Assembly (NCBI RefSeq): GCF_030651625.1
Contig: NZ_JAUSCF010000020.1
Location: forward strand, 71,694-135,693
DNA length: 64,000 bases
From: Hydrogenophaga sp.
Lineage (GTDB): Bacteria; Pseudomonadota; Gammaproteobacteria; Burkholderiales; Burkholderiaceae_C
Direction of reading: 5' to 3'
The position numbers and the translations under genes are program-made. Each line of letters opens with the position of its first letter. The first letter of the stretch is position 1. Under the pieces are notes generated by a model, which did not search any database, was not told the origin of the DNA, and saw nothing but the letters and a program-made list of their open reading frames with translations. This document shows positions 56,753 through 64,000 of this stretch, piece after piece.

Positions 56753-56937
56753 GCTTCATATCGGGGTGCATTTCTAGTGTGCTGTCCCGCAAATAGTTGC
56801 ATGAAATGAAACTGATGAATTCGCGCCCAGGGCAAGGCGCAAACCGCAGCGATAGCCTGTGCTGTCGCGAGGATTTGCAACGCAGCCATGGGTGTGAATG
56901 CGCGGTTTCATATGCAAGTTATTGACGGGACAGGACA

Positions 56938-58773
56938 CTAGATCACCGTGTCCCATGCGGTTGAGAGCCTGACAGCCGCATTGATGATGCCGACCATCGA
57001 GTAGGTCTGAGGGAAGTTGCCCCACATCTCGCCGGTGACGGCATGGGTGTCTTCCGACAGCATGCCCAGTGGATTGCGTGCGGCCAGCATGGTCTCGAAA
57101 ATGGCACGGGCTTCGTCCACCCGGCCAATGCGGGCGAGCGCGTCGATGCGCCAGAAGGTGCAGATGTTGAATGCCGTCTCTGGTGTGCCGAAGTCGTCGG
57201 GCGCTTCATAGCGGCGCATGTAGGGGCCATCGCACAGGTGCTCTTCCAGTGCCTTCAGCGTGGCAATGAAGCGCGGGTCCATGGGGTCGATGATGCCCAC
57301 CTCGGCCATCAGCAGCACGCTGGCGTCCAGGTCGCGCCCACCGAAGCTCTCGGCGAATGCCTGGCGTTCTTCGTTCCACGATTCGCCCAGGATGCGATCA
57401 CGCATGTGGGCCGCGTGCTGTTGCCAGTGCGTCGCACGCTCGGGCAGTTGCAGGGTGTGAGCGATCTTGGCCAGGCGGTCGCAGGCGGCCCAGCACATGA
57501 GGGCGGAGCTGGTGTGTACCCGGGCGCGCGTGCGCAGCTCCCACATGCCGGCATCGGGTTTGTCAAAAATACGCACCGCTTGAGCGCCCACCGCTTCGAG
57601 TCGCTCGAACTCGGCCAGGCCCGCCGGGTGCAGCAGGCGCTTGTCGTGAAAAGCCTGTGCAGCTGCGAGCACGATGTTGCCGTACACATCGTGCTGGAAA
57701 TGTTCCTGCGCCTGGTTGCCCACGCGAACTGGTCCCATGTTGCGGTAGCCCGGCAGGTTTTCGCACAGGCTCTCGGGCAGTTCGCGCTCCAGGCCTATGC
57801 CGAACAGCGGCTGCACATGGCCGCCGTTGGCGCCCACCACCGCGTTGGTCAGCCAGCCCAGGTAGTCTTCCATTGTGCTGACTTCGGCCAGGCTGTTGAG
57901 CGCGCGCACCACAAAGAAGGCATCGCGCAGCCAGCAGTAGCGGTAGTCCCAGTTGCGCTGTGTGCCCGGGGCCTCGGGGATGCTGGTTGTCATGGCTGCC
58001 ACGATGGCACCCGTGTCCTCGAACACCGAGAGCTTGAGGGTGATGGCCGCGCGGATCACCGCATCCTGCCATTCCAGCGGCAAGGCCAGACGCCGCGTCC
58101 ACTCGCGCCAGTAGGCCAGCGTTTCCTGCTCGAAGTGGCGGGCGGTGTCGCCCACGCCGCCCTCCAGGGTTTCGTCGGGCCCGAGCAGGAAGTTGTGCTC
58201 GCGCGTCAGCAAGAAGGGTTCGCGGCTGATCACATGCGAAACCGATGCGTCGGTCTGCAGGCGCAGGGTCTGCTGGTCGCCCACATAACGGATGTGGTTG
58301 CTGCCAGAGGTGATGGTGGGGGTTTGCGCACCCCAGTGAAACCGCGGCGTCAGCTGCACCCGCACCCGCGGCGCCCCTTTCAGCGGTCGGACCCTGCGCA
58401 CCAGCATGGTGGGGCGAAAAAAGCGGCCACGGGAAGGGAAGCGCGGCGCAAAGTCGGTGATCAGCAGGCCCTGGCCATCGCGGTCCCACAATTCGGTGTG
58501 AAGCACCGCCGTGTTGGGGGCGTAGTACTGGCGCGATTCGGCCAGGTTCTCGATTTCGATGGAAAACGCGCCAGCGCCCTCGTCCCCGCCAAGCAGGGCA
58601 TGGAAGACCGGGTCGCCGTCAAAGCGGGGCAGGCAACTCCACACCACCCGTCCCTGGAGGTCGATCAGCGCGCTGAAGGCGCAATTGCCCACCACACCCA
58701 GCGACAGCGAGGCGGGTGCAGGCGGGGCGAAACCACGGGGCTGGTTGGCGGAGGGGTTGGGCATTGTTGTCAA
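56938..58773 (-). CDS. glycoside hydrolase family 15 protein (glucoamylase/trehalase-like)
   Basis: 611 aa. GVVGNCAFSALID N-terminus and the (alpha/alpha)6-type motifs WLRDA and FPQTYSMVG. Confidence 0.8.
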   Translation of the reverse strand: MTTMPNPSANQPRGFAPPAPASLSLGVVGNCAFSALIDLQGRVVWSCLPRFDGDPVFHALLGGDEGAGAFSIEIENLAESRQYYAPNTAVLHTELWDRDGQGLLITDFAPRFPSRGRFFRPTMLVRRVRPLKGAPRVRVQLTPRFHWGAQTPTITSGSNHIRYVGDQQTLRLQTDASVSHVISREPFLLTREHNFLLGPDETLEGGVGDTARHFEQETLAYWREWTRRLALPLEWQDAVIRAAITLKLSVFEDTGAIVAAMTTSIPEAPGTQRNWDYRYCWLRDAFFVVRALNSLAEVSTMEDYLGWLTNAVVGANGGHVQPLFGIGLERELPESLCENLPGYRNMGPVRVGNQAQEHFQHDVYGNIVLAAAQAFHDKRLLHPAGLAEFERLEAVGAQAVRIFDKPDAGMWELRTRARVHTSSALMCWAACDRLAKIAHTLQLPERATHWQQHAAHMRDRILGESWNEERQAFAESFGGRDLDASVLLMAEVGIIDPMDPRFIATLKALEEHLCDGPYMRRYEAPDDFGTPETAFNICTFWRIDALARIGRVDEARAIFETMLAARNPLGMLSEDTHAVTGEMWGNFPQTYSMVGIINAAVRLSTAWDTVI

Positions 58774-59513
58774 GGTGTTGAGAGTTCCGGTGAGGTTTTG
58801 GCCAGCCAGGCGCGAAGCGCCAGGGGGTCTGCGATCCGGTGCAGGGCACAGCTGTGACCGTCACCGACCTTGATGCCGGCACCACCCAGGCGTTGCACCA
58901 CTTCAAAGCCGGCTTCGTCGGTCACGTCGTCCCCGGCGAACAGGGGAATTCGGCCAGAAAAGGGCGCCTCGGCCATGAAGGCCTGGATCGCATGCCCCTT
59001 GTTGACGCGGGCCGATTTCACTTCCACCACGGCCTTGCCGCGCAGCAGTTGCAGGCCGGGGGTGTGCTGCACGGACGCCTGCATCGCGCTCACGCATGCG
59101 GCTTCCAGTTCGGGCGCCAGCCGGAAATGCAGCGCCATGGCGGTGTGCTTGTGCTCGACCAACAGGCCCGGGTGCCGAGACGCCAATGCGTTGGCGGCCG
59201 CCAGCGCAGGCCCGAGATCGGGTACCTGCTCCGGATCCAGCGAGACCATGCCCCATTCGGCGCGCCGAACCGCGCCGTGCTCGTAGGCGGCCGGCAGTTG
59301 CAGGGGGGCGATCATGGGCTCAATGTCGGCCTGCGCACGTCCGGTGATCAGCGCCACCGCGCCACCGAGCTGCGCGTGCAGGCGCTCCAGCAGGCTCAGC
59401 AGCTCGCCAGGAATGACCACGGCATCGGGTCGGGGGGCCAATTCCGCCAGGGTGCCGTCGAAATCAAGAAACAGGGCCGACCGGGCGGTCAGCAGGCCAG
59501 GTGGGGTACTCAT
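58770..59513 (-). CDS. otsB: trehalose-phosphatase
   Basis: HAD motif I FLDFDGTL and motif IV FAGDDVTDE. 4-nt overlap with the GH15 gene. Confidence 0.85.
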   Translation of the reverse strand: MSTPPGLLTARSALFLDFDGTLAELAPRPDAVVIPGELLSLLERLHAQLGGAVALITGRAQADIEPMIAPLQLPAAYEHGAVRRAEWGMVSLDPEQVPDLGPALAAANALASRHPGLLVEHKHTAMALHFRLAPELEAACVSAMQASVQHTPGLQLLRGKAVVEVKSARVNKGHAIQAFMAEAPFSGRIPLFAGDDVTDEAGFEVVQRLGGAGIKVGDGHSCALHRIADPLALRAWLAKTSPELSTP

Positions 59514-59618
59514 CGGGTGTAACCCTAACAGACTTGGGATTGCGTTGCGCCGATATGTCCCTTTCTTCCGACATCGAAGGTGCGGGAAGCGGTTGTTCCA
59601 CGCTACCGGTCAGAGGTG

Positions 59619-60908
59619 TCAACCAGCCAGGGTCTGCTCGTCGCTCGCCAAGTGGGCCGTGAGCGCCGCGACACGTGCATCCTGAATGCGTTGGCCCACC
59701 TGGGCGCCCGTGACACCCGCAGCGATGGCTTCTGCCGCCACGCTGGTCGTGGACACCGAGCACGCTACAGCCAGTGCCTGTTCCAGCCTCTTGCGCTGGG
59801 GGTAGGCCGAGTCGTGGAGGCCGAGTCGTCCGCGGGCATCGCACTCGCAGGCCAGCAGCACTTCCCCGAACCGCGCAGGCTTTCGGAATGCGTCGCATCG
59901 CTCCAGCAACCGCACCAGCGCGGCGGCATTGAAGCCCTGGCTGCGGTGAATGTTGCCGTGCTCGCGCGCCACCACGTCGGCCAGTTCGCGGCATTCCACC
60001 GGCACACGCAGACGCTCGCTCAAGCCCTTGAGCAGGCGGGCACTGCGCTCCTCGTGGCCGATGTGGCGCGGCAACACGTCGGCCGGTGTCGTGCCCTTGC
60101 CCAGGTCGTGGCACAGGCAGGCAAAACGGGTGGGCAGATTGGCGGCCAGTCGCGCGCTCATGTCGAGCACCATCATCAGGTGCACGCCGGTGTCGATTTC
60201 GGGGTGATAGTCGGCACGCTGCGGCACGCCCCAGAGGCGGTCGACCTCTGGCAACAATCGCTTCAGGGCGCCGCATTCGCGCAGTACCTCGAACATGCGG
60301 CTGGGCCGCTGCTCCATCAGGCCGCGCGCCAGTTCCTGCCACACCCGCTCGGACACCAGGTGGTCCACCTCGCCGTGGCCCACCATCTGGCGCATCAGCG
60401 TGAGGGTTTCGGGAGCGACCGAAAAGTCGGGAAAACGCGCCGCAAACCTCGCCAGCCGCAGGATGCGCACAGGGTCTTCTCCGAAGGCGGCCGTCACGTG
60501 GCGGAGCACGCGATCGCGCAGATCGCGCTGTCCCCCAAAGGGGTCGATGATCGACGCGCTTGCCGGCCGCTCTGCCTCGGTTTCTGCCACAGCCATGGCG
60601 TTGATGGTCAGGTCGCGACGGGCGAGATCGTCTTCCAGCGTGACGCCAGGAGCGGCGTGGAAATCGAAGCCGTGATAGCCCGGTGCGGTCTTGCGTTCGG
60701 TGCGGGCGAGTGCGTATTCTTCGCGCGTCTGCGGGTGCAGGAACACGGGGAAGTCTCTGCCGACGGGCAGGAAGCCTTGCTCCACCATGGTTTCGGGCGT
60801 GGCGTCCACGACCACCCAGTCCCGGTCTACATGCGAGGCATCGGGTAGTGATGTGCTTTGCGCCATCAGTGCGTCGCGGACTGCGCCGCCTACCAGGTAG
60901 GTTTTCAT
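59619..60908 (-). CDS. cca: multifunctional CCA-adding tRNA nucleotidyltransferase with HD domain
   Basis: MKTYLVGGAVRDALM, the RDLTINAMA motif, and an HD domain (CLCHDLGK). Confidence 0.9.
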   Translation of the reverse strand: MKTYLVGGAVRDALMAQSTSLPDASHVDRDWVVVDATPETMVEQGFLPVGRDFPVFLHPQTREEYALARTERKTAPGYHGFDFHAAPGVTLEDDLARRDLTINAMAVAETEAERPASASIIDPFGGQRDLRDRVLRHVTAAFGEDPVRILRLARFAARFPDFSVAPETLTLMRQMVGHGEVDHLVSERVWQELARGLMEQRPSRMFEVLRECGALKRLLPEVDRLWGVPQRADYHPEIDTGVHLMMVLDMSARLAANLPTRFACLCHDLGKGTTPADVLPRHIGHEERSARLLKGLSERLRVPVECRELADVVAREHGNIHRSQGFNAAALVRLLERCDAFRKPARFGEVLLACECDARGRLGLHDSAYPQRKRLEQALAVACSVSTTSVAAEAIAAGVTGAQVGQRIQDARVAALTAHLASDEQTLAG

Positions 60909-60975
60909 TTTGGCTAGTGTAGGGTGGGTGGGGTCGTTGGGTTTGCGCGGGCTTTGTGGCTTTCGTTAGGGTTTG

Positions 60976-61418
60976 TTCTTTCGTGGCGTGCCGGGTCTCG
61001 GCCCGGCGGCCGAGTTACCTTTCTTTGCGTCACGTCGCCAAAGAAAGGTAACCCAAAGAAAGGCGACCCTGCTGCCAGTGACCCCTGCGCTGCGCTCCGG
61101 GGCAACCTGTGGTGCTCGCAGCGGGCGGGGTCCGTGCAAACTCGCTGCGCTCAGACATGCACGGCCCTTTTTCCGCCCGCTGCTGCGCTCCTCGGCACCG
61201 GCAGAAGGGGCCCGAATACGGGATCGGGCTTCCTCGCGTGCATACGACTCGGCCAACCGGACGAGGCCCCTTCTGCGCGAGCCGAGCACCGCAGGGTGCC
61301 CGTAGCGCAGCGCAGGGGTCACTGGCAGCAGGGGGCGTTTTCTTTGCCTACTTTCTTTGTCGACACAAAGAAAGCAGGTGCGCCGCCGGGCGCACATCCC
61401 GGCACGCCACGAAAGGAA
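60976..61418. repeat. ~440-bp long-palindrome (MITE-like or structured-RNA-like) element
   Basis: The left arm (60978-61118) and right arm (61279-61416) are reverse complements. The termini cgtggcgtgccggg / cccggcacgccacg are perfect. The 29-nt core cctgctgccagtgacccctgcgctgcgct (61068-61096) matches 61304-61332 perfectly. Each arm and the ~160-nt centre contain further hairpins. Confidence 0.8.
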
Positions 61419-61448
61419 AAACACAGCCAGAAAAACAAACCCGTCTTG

Positions 61449-62135
61449 TCATCGCCCCAACCGATAAGGCTCCTCAAAATCCAGAAAATCGTGTTCCGCC
61501 AAAGCATCCTCAACCCAAGCCTTTACCCCCGGCAGCCCACACACCCGCTCCACATACGCCGCCAGGTCGGCAGGCAACGGTAGGCCATAAGTCTTGATGC
61601 GCATGCACACCGGCGCAAAGTACGCATCGGCAATGCTGAAGTCGCCAAACAGCAGGGCACCTTCAGGTTGTGCGGCCAGCAGTTCGCTCCACAACCCGCA
61701 CAGCCGGGCCATGTCGGCACGCACACCGGCCTGGTCGCGCCAGATCAGCTTGCCCGTGTCGGGTAGCGATGCTTCGATGTTCATGGGGCAGTGGCTGCGC
61801 AGCGCGCCGAAGCCGCTGTGCATTTCAGCGCAGACGCTGCGCGCCCGGGCGCGTGCCTTGGCATCGGCAGGCCACAGTTTCTTTTCCGGGAAGCGTTCGG
61901 CCAAATACTCGGCAATCGCCAGCGTGTCCCACACCGCGAAGCCGTTGTCCAGCAGAACCGGTACCTTGCCCACCGGGTTGACGCCGCGCAGTGCTTTCTT
62001 GAAGGTCGAATCCGCCTCGAACGAGTCGAAGCGGACCATGACTTCTTCGAATGGAATGCCGGCCTGCTTCATCAGCACCCAGGGGCGCATGGACCAGGAC
62101 GAATAGTTCTTGTTGCCGATGTAGAGCTGGGGCAT
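61449..62135 (-). CDS. glutathione S-transferase (YfcF-like)
   Basis: Inner ATG 62135. MPQLYIGNKNYSSWSMRPW...VGKVPVL...WDTLAIAEYL is a GST N-domain. Confidence 0.85.
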   Translation of the reverse strand: MPQLYIGNKNYSSWSMRPWVLMKQAGIPFEEVMVRFDSFEADSTFKKALRGVNPVGKVPVLLDNGFAVWDTLAIAEYLAERFPEKKLWPADAKARARARSVCAEMHSGFGALRSHCPMNIEASLPDTGKLIWRDQAGVRADMARLCGLWSELLAAQPEGALLFGDFSIADAYFAPVCMRIKTYGLPLPADLAAYVERVCGLPGVKAWVEDALAEHDFLDFEEPYRLGR

Positions 62136-62143
62136 AGGATTGC

Positions 62144-62262
62144 TCCCCCCGCGCCGCTTCGCGTCACCCCCCTCTCTCTCGCCTCCGGCGGGAAGGGGGC
62201 GGCACCTTGGACCGGCGGAGCCGGATCTTCGGTGCCCCTGGATGGGGCTGCTTTTGGCGACG
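62144..62262 (+). repeat. GC-rich REP-like intergenic element, copy 7
   Basis: ctccccccgcgccgcttcgcgtcacccccc...gggaagggggcggcacc...ggcggagccggatcttcggtgcccctggatgggg. Confidence 0.75.
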
Positions 62263-62368
62263 AGGTGTGTGGTTGAACGAACCGCCATGTTAGTGCCAGG
62301 CTGTCGTGCCATTGATGCCAAAAGAACCACGGATTGATTCAGTGGTCATATGGCATCGCCGGAGTGCC

Positions 62369-63331
62369 TCAGGGGCGGACGTTGTGCCGGTATTCGGTGA
62401 GGCGGCTGCGGCCGCCGCGTGTGCCGAGGTAGGCTGGGGCGACGGCGTGCACGCTGGTGGGCTCGATGCCGAGGGACGACAGGCCTGGCCACTGGCCGGT
62501 GGCCACGTTGTCCACGCTCATGGCGGCAAGGTTGTCGCGGCTCATCAGGGGCTCGCCAGGGGCCATTTCCATCATCAGGGCCTGCAGCTTGCCCAGCGCC
62601 ATGGGCAGCGGCAGGATCGGGCGCTCGCGGCTGCCGTGGCGTCCGGCCAGGCGGACCAGTTCGGCCAGTGTGAGCACGTCGGGCCCGGCGCATTCGAAGG
62701 TCTGGCCCACGCTGGACATGGGCAATCCCTTGTCCTGCAGGCACGCGACCACGGCCGCGGCCACGTCTTGCACCCAGACCGGTTGAAACCGTGCACTGGC
62801 GCCGGCCAGCGGCATCACGGGAAACACGGCCTGCAGGCGCGCAAACAGGTTCAGAAAACGATCACCGGCGCCAAAAATCACGCTGGGGCGCAGGATGGTG
62901 AGGTCGAGTCCGCCGTTGCGCAGCACTTCCTCGCCGCGCGCCTTGCTGCGTTGGTAGAGCGACGGTCCGTCAAGGCCCACGCCGAGGGCGCTGATGTGCA
63001 CCACACGCTTCACACCAGCCGCCTTGCAGGCTTTGACCAGCGTCTGGGGCAGCGCAACGTGTGCTCGCTCGAAGGCCGCCTCGTTGCCATGCAGGATCGC
63101 CACCAGATTCACGACCGCGTCGTGTCCCGCCAGCAGCCGGGTGAGCTGAGCCTGGTCGTGCACGTCGGCTTCCAGCACGGTGAGGCGCGGCAGATGCTGA
63201 ACCTGTGCGGCGTTGATGGCGCGGCGGGTGGGCACCGTGATGCGCCAGCCGAGCCGGTGCAACTGTTCGCAAACCTGGCGACCCACAAAACCGGTGCCAC
63301 CGAGAACGAGGATGTTGGGGGTCTGGGACAT
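62369..63331 (-). CDS. NAD(P)-binding epimerase/dehydratase-fold protein (complex I NDUFA9-like family)
   Basis: 320 aa with the ILVLGGTGFVGRQV Rossmann motif. Confidence 0.8.
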   Translation of the reverse strand: MSQTPNILVLGGTGFVGRQVCEQLHRLGWRITVPTRRAINAAQVQHLPRLTVLEADVHDQAQLTRLLAGHDAVVNLVAILHGNEAAFERAHVALPQTLVKACKAAGVKRVVHISALGVGLDGPSLYQRSKARGEEVLRNGGLDLTILRPSVIFGAGDRFLNLFARLQAVFPVMPLAGASARFQPVWVQDVAAAVVACLQDKGLPMSSVGQTFECAGPDVLTLAELVRLAGRHGSRERPILPLPMALGKLQALMMEMAPGEPLMSRDNLAAMSVDNVATGQWPGLSSLGIEPTSVHAVAPAYLGTRGGRSRLTEYRHNVRP

Positions 63332-63383
63332 GAAAGGATTTCTGTGAAAGAGAGAAAGTTTGCTGGAGAAGGCTATGGGTGGC

Positions 63384-64000
63384 TCAGGGCAGGTCGCGAT
63401 TCACCGCTTGTGCCGTGGCCTCGCGTGGACCCACCACGCCCAGCCGTGCGCGCAGCGATTGCGGTTGTCCGCTGATCAGGGCCGCGTAGTTGGTGGTGTT
63501 GGCCAGAACCTGCTTCACGTAGTCGCGGGTTTCTTCAAACGGAATGTTCTCTGCCCAGATTTCGCCCGCCAAAGCAGGGCCGTTGCGCCAGGCGCGTGGG
63601 CGGCCAGGCCCGGCGTTGTAGGCGGCCGCAGCCAGGGGCAGCGAGCCCTCGAAATCATCCAGAGCGAACTTCAGGTACGCGGTTCCGATGAGGATGTTGG
63701 TCTCGCGCTCGGTGATGTGGTGAGGGCGAAAGTTGGTCAGCCCGATTCTGTTCGCCGTCCAGCGCGCAGTGGCCGGCATCACCTGCATCAAACCGGAGGC
63801 ACCCACGTGCGAGCGCGCATTGGTGACAAAGCGGCTTTCCTGGCGAATCAGGCCGTACACATAGGCTGGATCGAGTCCGATCTCGTTCGACCGGCGAACC
63901 ACTTCAACCTGGTGCGGCATGGGGAAGCGCTGGGCATGGTCGGCGACGGCGCTGGTGCGCAGGCTGGTGTTGATGCAGCGGTCCCACAACTCGTGGCGGC
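63384..64000 (-). CDS. lytic murein transglycosylase (Slt-like), C-terminal part; gene continues beyond the window end
   Basis: SLT catalytic motifs LIRQESRF, GLMQVMPATA and AYNAGPG. The reading frame stays open to position 64000, so the track start at 63989 is probably internal. Confidence 0.8.
   Translation of the reverse strand, partial: RHELWDRCINTSLRTSAVADHAQRFPMPHQVEVVRRSNEIGLDPAYVYGLIRQESRFVTNARSHVGASGLMQVMPATARWTANRIGLTNFRPHHITERETNILIGTAYLKFALDDFEGSLPLAAAAYNAGPGRPRAWRNGPALAGEIWAENIPFEETRDYVKQVLANTTNYAALISGQPQSLRARLGVVGPREATAQAVNRDLP

Noticed and set aside
57043-58857. 604-aa plus-strand ORF antisense to the GH15 gene.
   Set aside because: It is a shadow ORF of a well-supported 611-aa glycosidase gene.
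60924-61583. 219-aa (+) and 152-aa (-) ORFs inside the long-palindrome element.
   Set aside because: They are mirror-image translations of an inverted repeat. They are low-complexity (R/P/G/A-rich) and lack an RBS, so they are artefacts of the palindrome.

Overview
This is a high-GC proteobacterial chromosome segment. Gene content (a Bug/TctC-family binding protein, the ybeY/phoH and ruvAB neighbourhoods, GC-rich REP-like repeats) suggests a Burkholderiales/Comamonadaceae-type betaproteobacterium; that assignment is inference. I can support about 65 protein-coding genes. I recognised no rRNA, tRNA, CRISPR array, transposase or integrase. The main blocks are as follows. (1) 1-13949: an aryl-polyene (APE)-type lipid/pigment biosynthesis and export cluster. 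It has a 14-gene, mostly 4-nt-overlapping plus-strand operon (ACP, adenylating enzyme, dehydratases, acyltransferase, LolA-like protein, MMPL exporter, hydrolase, NodB deacetylase, methyltransferase, KS, CLF, FabG) and a divergent second KS/CLF pair that runs off the window start. (2) 13950-16501: a visibly AT-richer islet carrying Mrr and two unknown ORFs, one with GIY-YIG-like motif spacing. (3) ybeY / MliC-like lipoprotein / phoH, then ruvA and ruvB split by an orphan RHH antitoxin gene, then a MacAB-like ABC exporter. (4) 27585-30349: a three-gene operon of an SPFH (YdjI-like) protein with a SHOCT tail, a double zinc-ribbon (YdjG-like) membrane protein and an 88-aa TM protein. I rate this the best candidate for an uncharacterised system. 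(5) 30357-32138: a fatty-acid-hydroxylase/YhhN fusion. (6) Sensors (a PAS hybrid kinase, a Ser/Thr kinase, a two-component pair), ttcA/folB, glk plus a sugar ABC operon, otsB-GH15-otsA, cca, a GST, and slt. Non-coding structure includes a GC-rich REP-like family at 7 or more intergenic sites, an 86-bp tandem repeat, a ~440-bp long-palindrome element, and several hairpins and palindromes. I re-chose many start codons inside the supplied longest ORFs. All functional calls rest on motifs recognised by eye; no database search or computation was run.
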